DNA of 64,000 nt, from assembly GCA_963749075.1 (NCBI GenBank), contig CAVVLJ010000004.1, positions 384,001 through 448,000 of the forward strand, in the 5' to 3' direction. This DNA comes from an uncultured Pseudomonadota bacterium. Lineage in GTDB: Bacteria; Pseudomonadota; Alphaproteobacteria; JACZXZ01. The position numbers and the translations under genes were made by a program. The notes under the pieces were generated by a model, which was not told the origin of the DNA, ran no database searches, and worked only from the letters and a program-made list of their open reading frames with translations. This document shows positions 42,915 through 54,052 of the stretch, piece by piece. Position 1 is the stretch's first letter. The number at the start of each line of letters is the position of its first letter.

Positions 42915-44492
42915 ATGAGCAAGGTCTTCATCGCCGACAAGCTGAGCCCGCGCGCCGTCGAGGTCTTCGAGGCGCGCGGCATCGAAGCCGTGGTCAAGAC
43001 CGGCCTCAAGGAGCCCGAGCTGATCGCTGCCATCGACGGCTCGGAGGCACTCGCCGTGCGCTCGGCCACCAAGGTGACGGCGAGCCTCATGGCGGCAGCA
43101 CCCCTGCTCAGGGTGGTGGGGCGCGCCGGCATCGGCGTCGACAACATCGATCTCGCGGCGGCGACGGCGCGCGGCATCGTGGTGATGAACACGCCCTACG
43201 GCAATGCCGTCACCACCGCCGAGCACGCCATCGCCATGATGATGGCGCTCGCCCGCCAGATCCCCGCGGCCGACCGCTCGACCCAGGCCGGCAAGTGGGA
43301 GAAGAGCCGCTTCATGGGCGTCGAGCTCACCGGCAAGACGCTCGGCATCGTCGGCTGCGGCAACATCGGCGCCATCGTGGCCGACCGCGCGCGCGGCCTC
43401 CATATGGAGATCATCGCCTACGATCCCTTCCTTTTGCCCGAGCGCGCGGCCGCCCTCCGCCTCGAGCGCGTCGAGCTCGAGGAGCTTTGGAGGCGCGCCG
43501 ATTTCGTGACGCTCCACGTGCCGCTCACCAATGCCACGCGCAACATGGTCAACAGCGCCAGTCTCTCGCTCATGAAGCGCGGCGTGCGCCTGGTGAACTG
43601 CGCGCGCGGCGGGCTCGTCGACGAGGCGGCACTGGCGGAGGCGCTGGCGAGCGGCCAGGTCGCGGGTGCCGCCTTCGACGTCTTCGAGACCGAGCCCGCT
43701 ACCCGCTCGGTGCTCTTCGGCCGGGAGAATTTCGTGGCGACGCCGCATCTCGGCGCCTCGACCGAGGAGGCGCAGGAGAAGGTGGCGATCCAGCTGGCCG
43801 AGCAGATCGCCGACTTCCTCTTGAAGGGTGCCGTCGTCAATGCGGTCAATACGCCCTCGATCAGCCGCGAGGAGGCGCCGCGCCTCAAGCCCTACATGGA
43901 GCTTGCCGAGCTGCTCGGGAGCTTCCTGGGCCAGCTCGCCGATCGGGCGCCCAAGGTCGTGAGCGTGGAGTACGCCGGCCAGGCCGCCGAGCTCGACACC
44001 CGCCCGCTCACCGCCGTCATCCTCCAGGGCCTCTTCAAGCGCACGCTCGAGGCGGTCAACATGGTGAACGCGCCGCAGATCGCGCGCGAGCGCGGCGTCC
44101 AGGTGCGCGAGGCCAAGGACAAGGAGACGCCGGACTACCACACCCTCGTGCGCGTCACGGTCGAGAGCGAGGACCGCACGCGCACGCTCGCCGGCACGCT
44201 CTTCGGCGGCACGCGGCCGCGCATCGTGCGCATCCAGGAGGTGCCGATCGAGGCCGAGCTCGGGCGCCACATGCTCTACGTGCGCAACCACGACAAGCCG
44301 GGCTTCATCGGCCAGCTCGGCAAGACGCTCGGCGACGCCGGTGTCAATATCGCGACCTTCCATCTCGGCCGCACGGCACCTGGAGGGAACGCCATCGCCC
44401 TCGTCCAGGTCGACGAGGCGATCCCGCCCGAGCTCCTCGCGCGCATCCAAGCGCTCCCCGGCACGATCCGGGCGAGGGCGCTCGGGTTCTGA
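42915..44492 (+). CDS. serA: D-3-phosphoglycerate dehydrogenase with ASB/ACT domains
   Basis: RAGIGVDN, GCGNIG, NCARGG, TPHLGAST, DKPGFIG. Confidence 0.96.
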   Translation: MSKVFIADKLSPRAVEVFEARGIEAVVKTGLKEPELIAAIDGSEALAVRSATKVTASLMAAAPLLRVVGRAGIGVDNIDLAAATARGIVVMNTPYGNAVTTAEHAIAMMMALARQIPAADRSTQAGKWEKSRFMGVELTGKTLGIVGCGNIGAIVADRARGLHMEIIAYDPFLLPERAAALRLERVELEELWRRADFVTLHVPLTNATRNMVNSASLSLMKRGVRLVNCARGGLVDEAALAEALASGQVAGAAFDVFETEPATRSVLFGRENFVATPHLGASTEEAQEKVAIQLAEQIADFLLKGAVVNAVNTPSISREEAPRLKPYMELAELLGSFLGQLADRAPKVVSVEYAGQAAELDTRPLTAVILQGLFKRTLEAVNMVNAPQIARERGVQVREAKDKETPDYHTLVRVTVESEDRTRTLAGTLFGGTRPRIVRIQEVPIEAELGRHMLYVRNHDKPGFIGQLGKTLGDAGVNIATFHLGRTAPGGNAIALVQVDEAIPPELLARIQALPGTIRARALGF

Positions 44493-44821
<329 letters not shown>

Positions 44822-44822
<1 letters not shown>

Positions 44823-45262
44823 TGCTCTATTTCGATACGAGCTTTCTTGCCCCGCTCATCCTTCCGGAGCCGACGAGCGGCAGGGTCGAGCGGCTCGTGC
44901 GGCGGCTTCCGGCCGGCGAGTTCGCCATCAGCCAGTGGACGCGCGTCGAGTTCTCCTCGCTCCTCGCCCGCGAGGTCCGCATGGGCGGCCTCGCGGCCGA
45001 GGCGGCGCACGCCGCCGACGCCGAATTCGAGGCTGTCGTCGCGGAGTCGTTCGACGTGCTTGTGCCGGATGCGGCGGACTTCTCCCTCGCGAAGCATTAT
45101 CTCGCGCGGTACGAGACTGGATTGCGCGCGGGCGACGCGCTCCATCTCGCTATCGCCGCCAACCGGCGGGCCGGGATGATCTACAGCCTGGGCAAGGCGA
45201 TGGTGAGGGCCGGCAAGCGCCTCGGCCTGCCGATCGGCGCGGGACTCCGGCTCCGCGGCTGA
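44822..45262 (+). CDS. vapC: PIN-domain (VapC) toxin
   Basis: YFDTS, E, LRAGDALHLA; TGATG coupling to the antitoxin. Confidence 0.88.
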
Positions 45263-45283
45263 CCGCGGCTGCGGTGTCCGCCG

Positions 45284-46225
45284 TCAGCTGCCGTAAGTTC
45301 CGCCCCTCGGCGCGTCCTCTGCGGGCGGGGCCGCAACGTCCTCCTCGGTGACGCTCACGTCCACCGCCATGCCGAGACAGTCGGAGCGCGTGCCGAAGAA
45401 TGTGCCCCAGAGCGGCAGGGCTTGGCGAGGATCCCAGGCCACGGCGACGCGGACGAGATTGCGGTTGCCCACGATGCAGTTGGTCGGGTCGAAATCGACC
45501 CAGCCGGCGCCCGGCAGATAGGCCTGCATCCAGGCGTGGGTGGCGCCGCCTCCGACGGTGGCATAATCGCCCTGCGGCACGAAGATGTAGCCGCTCACGA
45601 AGCGCGCGGCGAGGCCGAGCGAGCGCACGGCTTCCATCATCAGAAGGGCGAAATCCCGGCAGCTGCCGCGGCCGAGGCGGAGCGTCTCGTGCGGGCTCTG
45701 GACGCCCTTCTCGCCGCGGTGCACGTAATCGAATTGCTCCTTGATGCCGCGCGTCATGGCGTGAAGGAGCGCCATGGTGTCGCGCGATCCGTGCGTGGCC
45801 AGAAACTGCGCCACCCAGCGGTCGACGTCATCGGCCGCATAGCGGCGCTGGACGGCGCTCGCGAGATCGGGCCACTCCTCGTCCGAATAGCGGAAGGGAT
45901 AGGACTGCGCGCCGAGCTCGAGCGCATAATCGGGCAGCACCGTCTCGAAATGCTCGAGCGTCACCGTGCTGTCGAACGAGAGCTCCGTCGTCGTGCCGCG
46001 GAAGCTCGCGATGGCGACCGAATTGTCGAATACGTCGTGCAGCCAGCGCAGCTCGGCGGGGCGAGGCCGGATGTCCAGCCCGGTCTTGACCAGGCGGAGA
46101 TCGTGGCTCGCGCGCGGGCGGAACATCATGCGATGCTCGCCCAGGCTGACCGGCTCGCGGTAGCGGTAGGTCGTGACATGGCGGACGGTGAGCAGGCGCA
46201 TGCCGGTGGTCGTCCTCTCGCTCAT
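45284..46225 (-). CDS. Transglutaminase family protein (N-terminal Bact_transglu_N-like domain)
   Basis: VRHVTTYRY, GSCRDFA, ARFVSGY, THAW, DFDPTN. Confidence 0.9.
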   Translation of the reverse strand: MSERTTTGMRLLTVRHVTTYRYREPVSLGEHRMMFRPRASHDLRLVKTGLDIRPRPAELRWLHDVFDNSVAIASFRGTTTELSFDSTVTLEHFETVLPDYALELGAQSYPFRYSDEEWPDLASAVQRRYAADDVDRWVAQFLATHGSRDTMALLHAMTRGIKEQFDYVHRGEKGVQSPHETLRLGRGSCRDFALLMMEAVRSLGLAARFVSGYIFVPQGDYATVGGGATHAWMQAYLPGAGWVDFDPTNCIVGNRNLVRVAVAWDPRQALPLWGTFFGTRSDCLGMAVDVSVTEEDVAAPPAEDAPRGGTYGS

Positions 46226-47040
46226 GAGGGCGGAGCGCGCAGCTCGTCGACCCACACCTTGAAGCTCGACAGCGTGTTCGCACCGAAGGTGTTGCTGAGC
46301 GCCACGTCCGTCGCATCGCGCCCGCGCGCCATCAGGATGCGGCCGATGCGCGGCATGTTGTTGCGCGGGTCGAAGGTGTGCCAGCGGCCGCCCAGGTAGA
46401 CCTCGATCCAGGCGGCGAAATCCATCGGGCCATAGGGCGGCGCCATGCCGATGTCGCCCAGGTAGCCGGTGCAGTAGCGCGCCGGTATGTTCATGCAGCG
46501 GCAGAAGGCGATGGCGAGATGCGCGTAGTCGCGGCAGACGCCCCGCCTCTCATGGAAGGCCTCCGACGCGGTCCGCGTCGGGCGGGCATGCTCGTAGCCG
46601 AAGGCGATGTGGCGATGGACGTAATCGCAAATGGCCTGCACGCGTCTGCCGCCGGCGGGCGCCTTGGCGAAGAGCTCCCAGGCCGCCTCGGAGAGCCGGT
46701 CGGTATCGCAATAGCGGCTGCCGAGAAGGAAGAGCAGGCTCTCCGCGGGAAGGTCCTGCACCGCATGCTGCGGCGCCCAGATCGCCAGCATTTCGGGCTC
46801 GCCCGTGTCGTTCACCACCGCATCGGCGGCGAGGCGGAGGCGGCCCGCCGGCGCCACGATGCGGCTGCACCAGTTGCCGAAGCTGTCGCGGTAGGGTGCG
46901 ACGGGGATGGCCGGGTCGGTGATCAGGCGGTCGGGAACGGCCATGTCGCCGGCGCGCGTATAGTGGATGTTCAGCATCAGGATCATGGGAGTCGGCTGCG
47001 GGCAGTCGTAGATCAGTTCATAGCCGACCCTTATCTGCAT
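46222..47040 (-). CDS. Transglutaminase family protein
   Basis: SRYCDTD, GVCRDYAH, PARYCTGY, MDFAAW, FDPRN, GRDATDV. Confidence 0.9.
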   Translation of the reverse strand: MQIRVGYELIYDCPQPTPMILMLNIHYTRAGDMAVPDRLITDPAIPVAPYRDSFGNWCSRIVAPAGRLRLAADAVVNDTGEPEMLAIWAPQHAVQDLPAESLLFLLGSRYCDTDRLSEAAWELFAKAPAGGRRVQAICDYVHRHIAFGYEHARPTRTASEAFHERRGVCRDYAHLAIAFCRCMNIPARYCTGYLGDIGMAPPYGPMDFAAWIEVYLGGRWHTFDPRNNMPRIGRILMARGRDATDVALSNTFGANTLSSFKVWVDELRAPPS

Positions 47041-47319
47041 GAATGACCCTTCCCTCCGGCCGAGGGAGGTGCTCTGTCGTTGCTCCGGGGCTCACGGAGT
47101 AGCCGGTGGGCGAGCCGGCGCCGGGGCTCGCCGCGGGGCGCCGTCCATTCGCCGGAAAGCTGGGCACGCCGGAAATATATGGGGCCGATGTCGGCGAAGT
47201 GCAACCGACATGGACGGCGAGGAGGGTGCAAGGCCTGCCACGGATTTCCGTTTGCGCTTCCGCGGCAATGCCGCTAGTGCTGTCGCCCGGGGCTCGAACT
47301 TGCGAGAGTGCGGCACGGC

Positions 47320-48459
47320 ATGAGCGAGGACGCCAAGAGGGCGCTATTGCCCGCGGGACTGCGCGATCTCCTGCCGCCCGAGGCGGCGCGGGAGGCCGAG
47401 CTGCGCGAGAGCCTCCTGGCCGTGCTCGCGGGCTACGGCTACGAGCGCGTCGACCCGCCGCTCGTCGAGTTCGAGGACGGGCTCCTCTCCGGCCTCGGGG
47501 CCGCGACCGCCGCCGAGACCTTCCGCCTCATGGATCCCGTGAGCCAGCGCATGATGGGCGTGCGCGCCGACATGACGCCGCAGGTGGCACGCTTGGCGAC
47601 GACGCGCCTCGCCAAGGCGCCGCGGCCCTTGCGGCTCTCCTATGCCGGCGAGGTGCTGCGCGTCAAAGGCAGCCAGCTCAGGCCCGAGCGGCAGTTCGTG
47701 CAGGTGGGCGCCGAGCTCATCGGCACGGCCTCGGCGGCGGCCGATGCCGAGGCGGTGCTGCTCGCCGCCGAGTCGCTCATGGCCGTGGGCGTGGCACGGC
47801 TCTCGGTCGACCTCAATTCCCCGACCCTCGTCTCGGCCCTCTGCCGCGGCCTTGCCGGCGCCGAGGCAGCACAGCTCAAGGCAGCGCTCGACCGCAAGGA
47901 CGCGGCAGCTGTGGCGGCGGTCGGCGGGCCGGCGGCGGAGCTCGCGACAGCACTCCTCGCCGCGGCCGGCAGTGCCGCGCGCGCGCTCGAGGCGCTTGCC
48001 AAGCTGAAGCTGCCGCCCGAGCCGGCGGCCGAGGCGGCGCGCTTGGCCGAGGTGGCCGAGCTCGTGCGCCAGGCGCAGCCGGAGCTCGTGCTCACCATCG
48101 ATCCCGTCGAGTACCGCGGCTTCGAGTACCAGACCGGCGTGAGCTTCACGCTCTTCGCGCGCGGCGTGCGCGGCGAGCTCGGGCGCGGCGGGCGCTACCT
48201 CGCGGGGAGCGCGGCGGGCGAGCCGGCGACCGGCTTCACCCTCTTCCTCGACTCCGTGATCCGCGCGGTGCCCGCGGCCGAGGCGGCGCAGAAGCTCTTC
48301 CTCCCCTACGGCACGGCGGCGGCGGCGGCACGCGCGGTCCGCGCCCAAGGATGGCTGGCGCTCGCCGGCCTCGAGCCCGCGGCCAACGCGCGCGCCGAGG
48401 CCGCCCGGCTCGGCTGCAGCCACCTCTGGCTCGGCGGCAAGATCGTGGCGGTGGAGTAG
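47320..48459 (+). CDS. hisZ: ATP phosphoribosyltransferase regulatory subunit
   Basis: LPAGLRDLLP, RADMTPQVAR, RQFVQVGAELIG, GRGGRY; upstream of purA. Confidence 0.93.
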   Translation: MSEDAKRALLPAGLRDLLPPEAAREAELRESLLAVLAGYGYERVDPPLVEFEDGLLSGLGAATAAETFRLMDPVSQRMMGVRADMTPQVARLATTRLAKAPRPLRLSYAGEVLRVKGSQLRPERQFVQVGAELIGTASAAADAEAVLLAAESLMAVGVARLSVDLNSPTLVSALCRGLAGAEAAQLKAALDRKDAAAVAAVGGPAAELATALLAAAGSAARALEALAKLKLPPEPAAEAARLAEVAELVRQAQPELVLTIDPVEYRGFEYQTGVSFTLFARGVRGELGRGGRYLAGSAAGEPATGFTLFLDSVIRAVPAAEAAQKLFLPYGTAAAAARAVRAQGWLALAGLEPAANARAEAARLGCSHLWLGGKIVAVE

Positions 48460-48503
48460 TATGGCGTCATCATGGTGATCGGCCTAGGCTATTAAAAGTC
48501 TCT

Positions 48504-48681
48504 ACCGCGGAGAACACGGAGGACACGGAGAAGGAAGAGAGCAAGCAAACCACAAAGACACCAAGGCACAAAGAATCATTCTGCCCCCCGGGACGAAGTG
48601 CCCGGGGGTCGCGCGAAGCGCATTTTTTGCCTTCGTGTCTTTGTGGTTCCCTCTTTTTTCCTTCTCCGTGCCCTCCGTGGT
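48504..48681. repeat. Nested inverted-repeat element with 9-bp periodic units
   Basis: Outer IR 48515-48535/48659-48679, inner IR 48548-48568/48628-48648 (one mismatch each), central hairpins 48585-48621. Confidence 0.8.
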
Positions 48682-48728
48682 AAATCCTTTTTGGCCGGCG
48701 CAACGATATTTGCAGCAGGAGTGACGCC

Positions 48729-50019
<1,291 letters not shown>

Positions 50020-50173
50020 GGGCGAGAGTAGCGGCAGGCTTCGCGCTCCGGCGTCGCGGCCAAGGAGCCGAGGCAGAGCCCGCCCGCAATGGAAGCCGTC
50101 CGCGGCCATCCGATAAGGCCGCGCCCTCGGCTTGCGTCCTGGCTGCCCTTCCGTTCGACCTGGCGTTCTAGGA

Positions 50174-50365
50174 TCAGCTCGGGCTGTTTCCGAGGTGGCC
50201 GGCAATCGCGTCGAAGGTCGCGGTCAGGTCCGTGCCGAGCAGCGTCACGGCGGCGATGATCGCAACCGCAATCAACGCCGCGATGAGGCCGTATTCGATC
50301 GCGGTGACGCCCCGCTTCGAGCGAAGCGCCAGCGCGGATTTGAGGACTCTTTTGAGCCTCCGCAT
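50174..50365 (-). CDS. Flp family type IVb pilin (no tad genes in window)
   Basis: G/VTAIEYGLIAALIAVAII Flp motif; GGAGG RBS. Confidence 0.88.
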   Translation of the reverse strand: MRRLKRVLKSALALRSKRGVTAIEYGLIAALIAVAIIAAVTLLGTDLTATFDAIAGHLGNSPS

Positions 50366-50500
50366 CGCCAATACCCCCTCCGGTTTCGGCTGCATGGCTC
50401 TCGATTATACGCCATTTTTGGGAATAACCGACGCTCCGTTCGCGCGCAGCGACCATCGGACGTGCTGGCCGCCGCGCGCCCATACCGCCGCCGCCCTCGC

Positions 50501-51394
50501 TCAGCCGTTGAGGCGCTGCTCGATGGCGAGGTTCTTCATGGTCTTCTGCAGCTTCTCGAAGGCGCGCACCTCGATCTGGCGCACCCGCTCGCGCGAGATG
50601 CCGTAGCTCTGGCTCAAGTCCTCGAGCGTGGTCGGCTCGTCCTTGAGGCGGCGCTCGACGAGGATGCGGCGCTCGCGCGGGTTGAGCGACTTGAGCGCGG
50701 TCTCGAGCAGGCGCTGGCGGTTCGAGAGCTCCTCGTGCTCGGCGAGCTGGGTCTCCTGGCTCGGCGTCTCGTCCTCGAGCCAGTCCTGCCACTCGCCGTC
50801 GCCCTCCTCGCGCACCGGCGCATTGAGCGAATGGTCGGGGCTCGCCAGGCGGCGGTTCATCTGCACCACGTCGGTCTCGGGCACGTTGAGCTCGGTCGCG
50901 ATCTTCTTGACGTTCTCGGGCGAGAGATCGCCCTCGTCGATCGCCTGGAGCCGGCCCTTGATGCGGCGCAGGTTGAAGAAGAGCTTCTTCTGCGCCGCAG
51001 TGGTGCCGATCTTCACGAGCGACCAGGAATGCAGGATGTATTCCTGGATGGCGGCGCGGATCCACCACATGGCGTAGGTCGCGAGGCGGAAGCCGCGGTC
51101 GGGCTCGAAGCGCTTGACCGCCTGCATGAGGCCGACGTTGCCCTCCGAGATGAGCTCGGCGAGCGGCAGCCCGTAGCCGCGGTAGCCCATGGCGATCTTG
51201 GCCACCAGGCGCAGGTGGCTCGTCACCAGCTTCTGCGCCGCCTCGAGGTCGTCGTGCTCGCGCCAGCGCTTGGCCAGCATGTACTCCTCCTCGGGCGCCA
51301 GCATGGGAAAGCGCCGCACCTCCTGGAGGTAGCGCGAGAGGTTGCCCTCGGGGTGCAATGCGTGGACGCTCGGTAACGTGCTGCTCGCTGCCAT
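50501..51394 (-). CDS. rpoH: Heat-shock sigma factor RpoH
   Basis: HLRLVAKIA, RpoH box QKKLFFNLR, SRERVRQIE. Confidence 0.96.
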   Translation of the reverse strand: MAASSTLPSVHALHPEGNLSRYLQEVRRFPMLAPEEEYMLAKRWREHDDLEAAQKLVTSHLRLVAKIAMGYRGYGLPLAELISEGNVGLMQAVKRFEPDRGFRLATYAMWWIRAAIQEYILHSWSLVKIGTTAAQKKLFFNLRRIKGRLQAIDEGDLSPENVKKIATELNVPETDVVQMNRRLASPDHSLNAPVREEGDGEWQDWLEDETPSQETQLAEHEELSNRQRLLETALKSLNPRERRILVERRLKDEPTTLEDLSQSYGISRERVRQIEVRAFEKLQKTMKNLAIEQRLNG

Positions 51395-51558
51395 GCTGGC
51401 CCTTTCCAGTCTTCCGTTCGCTCGCCTCTACCGGCCGCCCCTCGCGGCCGAGGGCACGCTTCCGCCCGCGCCCTGCCTCGCGTCGCGCGTGCCAGCTGTA
51501 GCCGATCCTGCTGAACGATTGACGCAGTTTAGCATGGCTTTGTGAGAATTTCCTGGAA

Positions 51559-52542
51559 TTATTCCAATGAGGACTTCAATAAATTGATATCGTTTGGTAG
51601 TTTTTTCTCGAAGCGGAGCCTTTCCCGGCTCGCGGGATGCTCGAAGCCGAGCAGATAGGCATCGAGCGCCTGGCGGCCCAAGGCATCGAGCGCCGCGCGC
51701 GCCGCCGGGGGCAGCGCCGCGCGCCGCTCGCGGCCGACGCGGCCATAGAGCGGGTCGCCCATCACCGGATGGCCGCGCGCCGCGAGATGCACGCGGATCT
51801 GGTGGGTGCGGCCGGTCATGAGGCGGCATTCGATGAGGCTGGCGGCGCTGCCGTAGGCGGCGAGCACGCGGTAGCGCGTGAGCGCCGGCCGGCCGCCGCG
51901 GCGGAGCACCGCCATCTTCTTGCGGTTCTGCGGGCTGCGGCCGATGTTGCCGGCGATCTCGCCCTCGGGCGGCCGCGGCACGCCCCAGACGAGGGCACTG
52001 TAGGCGCGCTCGACGCTGTGCGCCGCGAACTGGGCAGCTAACCCGGCATGCGCCGCATCGGTCTTCGCCGCCACCATGAGTCCGCTCGTGTCCTTGTCGA
52101 GACGATGCACGATGCCCGGCCGCTTGACGCCGCCGATGCCCGAGAGGCTGCCGTGGCAATGGGCGAGGAGGGCGTTCACCAGCGTGCGCTCCGGGTTGCC
52201 GGCTCCAGGGTGGACCACCAGTCCCGCCGGCTTGTCGATGACGATCAGGTGCTGATCCTCGTAGATGACCGCGAGCGGCAGGGCTTGCGCCGCCGGGCGA
52301 GCCTCGACACTTTCGGGGACGAGTATGGCGAAATTTTGACCGGCCCTGACCTTGGCGGCGGGCGCCAGCGCCGCGCGCCCGGCCGTCTCGACGGCGCCCG
52401 CCGCGATGAGGCGCTTGAGCCGCGAGCGCGAGAATGCGGGGAGCGCCTCGGCGAGGAAGGCGTCGAGGCGCATGCCCGCGTGCTCGGCTCCCGCCGCGAC
52501 TTCGAGTTTGACCTCGTTCGCTCGCACCGCTATGCCGGACAT
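51559..52542 (-). CDS. rluD: RluA-family pseudouridine synthase (RluD-like); start uncertain
   Basis: S4-like RLD..SRS, KPAGLVVHP, HRLDKDTSG, GRTHQIRVH; upstream of rpoH. Confidence 0.9.
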   Translation of the reverse strand: MSGIAVRANEVKLEVAAGAEHAGMRLDAFLAEALPAFSRSRLKRLIAAGAVETAGRAALAPAAKVRAGQNFAILVPESVEARPAAQALPLAVIYEDQHLIVIDKPAGLVVHPGAGNPERTLVNALLAHCHGSLSGIGGVKRPGIVHRLDKDTSGLMVAAKTDAAHAGLAAQFAAHSVERAYSALVWGVPRPPEGEIAGNIGRSPQNRKKMAVLRRGGRPALTRYRVLAAYGSAASLIECRLMTGRTHQIRVHLAARGHPVMGDPLYGRVGRERRAALPPAARAALDALGRQALDAYLLGFEHPASRERLRFEKKLPNDINLLKSSLE

Positions 52543-52589
52543 GGCTTCTCGCGCGATCGCCGCCGCCGCGGCATTACTGGGCATATTTC

Positions 52590-52934
52590 ATGCAGGCACT
52601 CAAGACCCTGGTCATCGTCATGGGCGTCCTCATCGTGGCGGGCATGGCGCTCGTCGGCTATACCCTCGTCAAGCGGGCGACGGCACCGGAGGCGTCCCGC
52701 CATGCGACCGCCGCCGTCTCAGCACCGGCAGCACCCGGCGCCGAGGCCGCCGAGACGCCCTACGGCCCGGTCGAGATCGCACTCCCCGCGGGTGCCCGCA
52801 TCCTGCGCACGCGCGCAGTCGGCCGCCGCCTCATCGTCGAGCTCGAGCTCGCGGGCGGCGGCGAGCGCGTCCTCGTGGTCGAGCTCTCGACCGGAGCACT
52901 CCTCGGCACCATCGATCTCAAGGCCCAGCCCTGA
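52590..52934 (+). CDS. Membrane-anchored hypothetical protein (DUF6476-like)
   Basis: N-terminal TM, IALPAGARI..GALLGTI; divergent from rluD. Confidence 0.75.
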   Translation: MQALKTLVIVMGVLIVAGMALVGYTLVKRATAPEASRHATAAVSAPAAPGAEAAETPYGPVEIALPAGARILRTRAVGRRLIVELELAGGGERVLVVELSTGALLGTIDLKAQP

Positions 52935-52956
52935 GGCGGCGCCGCCTTCAGCCTGT

Positions 52957-53107
52957 CGCGGAGACACGGAGAGGAAGTTTTCAGCGCAGAGGGCGCTGAG
53001 GTCTCGCGGTGGCCGCAGTGGGCATTGATATACCTCCGCGCACTCCGCGAAACCTCTGCGTCCCCTGCGTTAATTCTTTCTTCTCCTCGTCGCGTTCTCC
53101 GTGGTGA
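52957..53107. repeat. Degenerate nested inverted repeats with roughly 9-bp periodic CRCRGAG units
   Basis: CGCGGAGACACGGAGA..CGCAGAGGGCGCTGAGG versus CTCCGCG/CTCTGCG/CCCTGCG..TCTCCGTGGTG; same style as 48504-48681. Confidence 0.6.
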
Positions 53108-53116
53108 ATTCCAGCT

Positions 53117-53719
53117 TCAGGGGTGTGCCGCGTGCGGCGGCCTGCGGCGGAAGCGCGAGGGCGGGCGCTTGTAGGTGCGCAGGAAAGCCGCATTGAAGCG
53201 GCGCACGCTGCCGAAGCCGGCGGCAAAGGCGATCTCCGCGAGCGCCAGGTCCGTCTCGTCGATCAGGCGCTTCGCGGCCTGCACGCGGCGCGTCGAGGCG
53301 ACGGCTCGGGGGCTGGCACCGACGTGGCGCACGAAGAGGCGGGAGAGGTGCCGGCTGCCGACGCCGAGCGTCTCGGCGAGCTCGGCGACCGAGGCGCCGT
53401 CGAGAAAGCCCGCCTCGATGAGGCGCATGCCGCGCGTGACCGTGGCCTCGGTGCCGCGCCAGGCGGGGCTGCCGGGTGCCGTCTCGGGCCGGCAGCGCAA
53501 GCATGGCCTGAAGCCGGCCTGCTCCGCTTCCGCCGCCGTGCGGAAGAAGACGACGTTCTTCGAGCGCGCCGGGTGCACCGGGCAGATAGGGCGGCAATAG
53601 ATGCGCGTCGTGCGCACGCCCACGAAGAAACGCCCGTCATAGTGCCGGTCCCGGGCAAGCCGCGCGCGGTCGCACGTCGGCCAGTCGAGCGGCGGCGATG
53701 CTTCGAGCTTCATCAACAT
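53117..53719 (-). CDS. Ada-type zinc-binding / AraC HTH protein (AdaA-like methylphosphotriester methyltransferase regulator)
   Basis: C..DGRFFVGV.TT.IYCRPIC, FRPCLRC, GFGSVRRFN. Confidence 0.9.
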   Translation of the reverse strand: MLMKLEASPPLDWPTCDRARLARDRHYDGRFFVGVRTTRIYCRPICPVHPARSKNVVFFRTAAEAEQAGFRPCLRCRPETAPGSPAWRGTEATVTRGMRLIEAGFLDGASVAELAETLGVGSRHLSRLFVRHVGASPRAVASTRRVQAAKRLIDETDLALAEIAFAAGFGSVRRFNAAFLRTYKRPPSRFRRRPPHAAHP

Positions 53720-54052
53720 CGGGCCATCCTAGCCTGCCCGGTCGGCGCGCCGCTAGCCGCTTTCGGACTCGGTCGGCTGGGTGCTGGGCACCGCGTCCGA
53801 TCGCGGCCAGACAGCGCGGGCCGGCGAGGGCTTCTATGGCGCTCCGGAGTGCGGCAAGAGGTTTTGCGCAATGCCCCCGGCCTCGGCCGTGAGCGGCGTG
53901 TGGGCGGCGTACCGGCGCCCCACCACACACTTCGATGGGGATCGAACCGTTCGTGCTCGACAAGCCGGTCCGGCTTGCCCACATTCGCCATAGCGAAGGC
54001 TCGCGGCAGCGTTTCGTCGTTGCGAGATTCGCATAGCAGGAGAGATGTCGTG

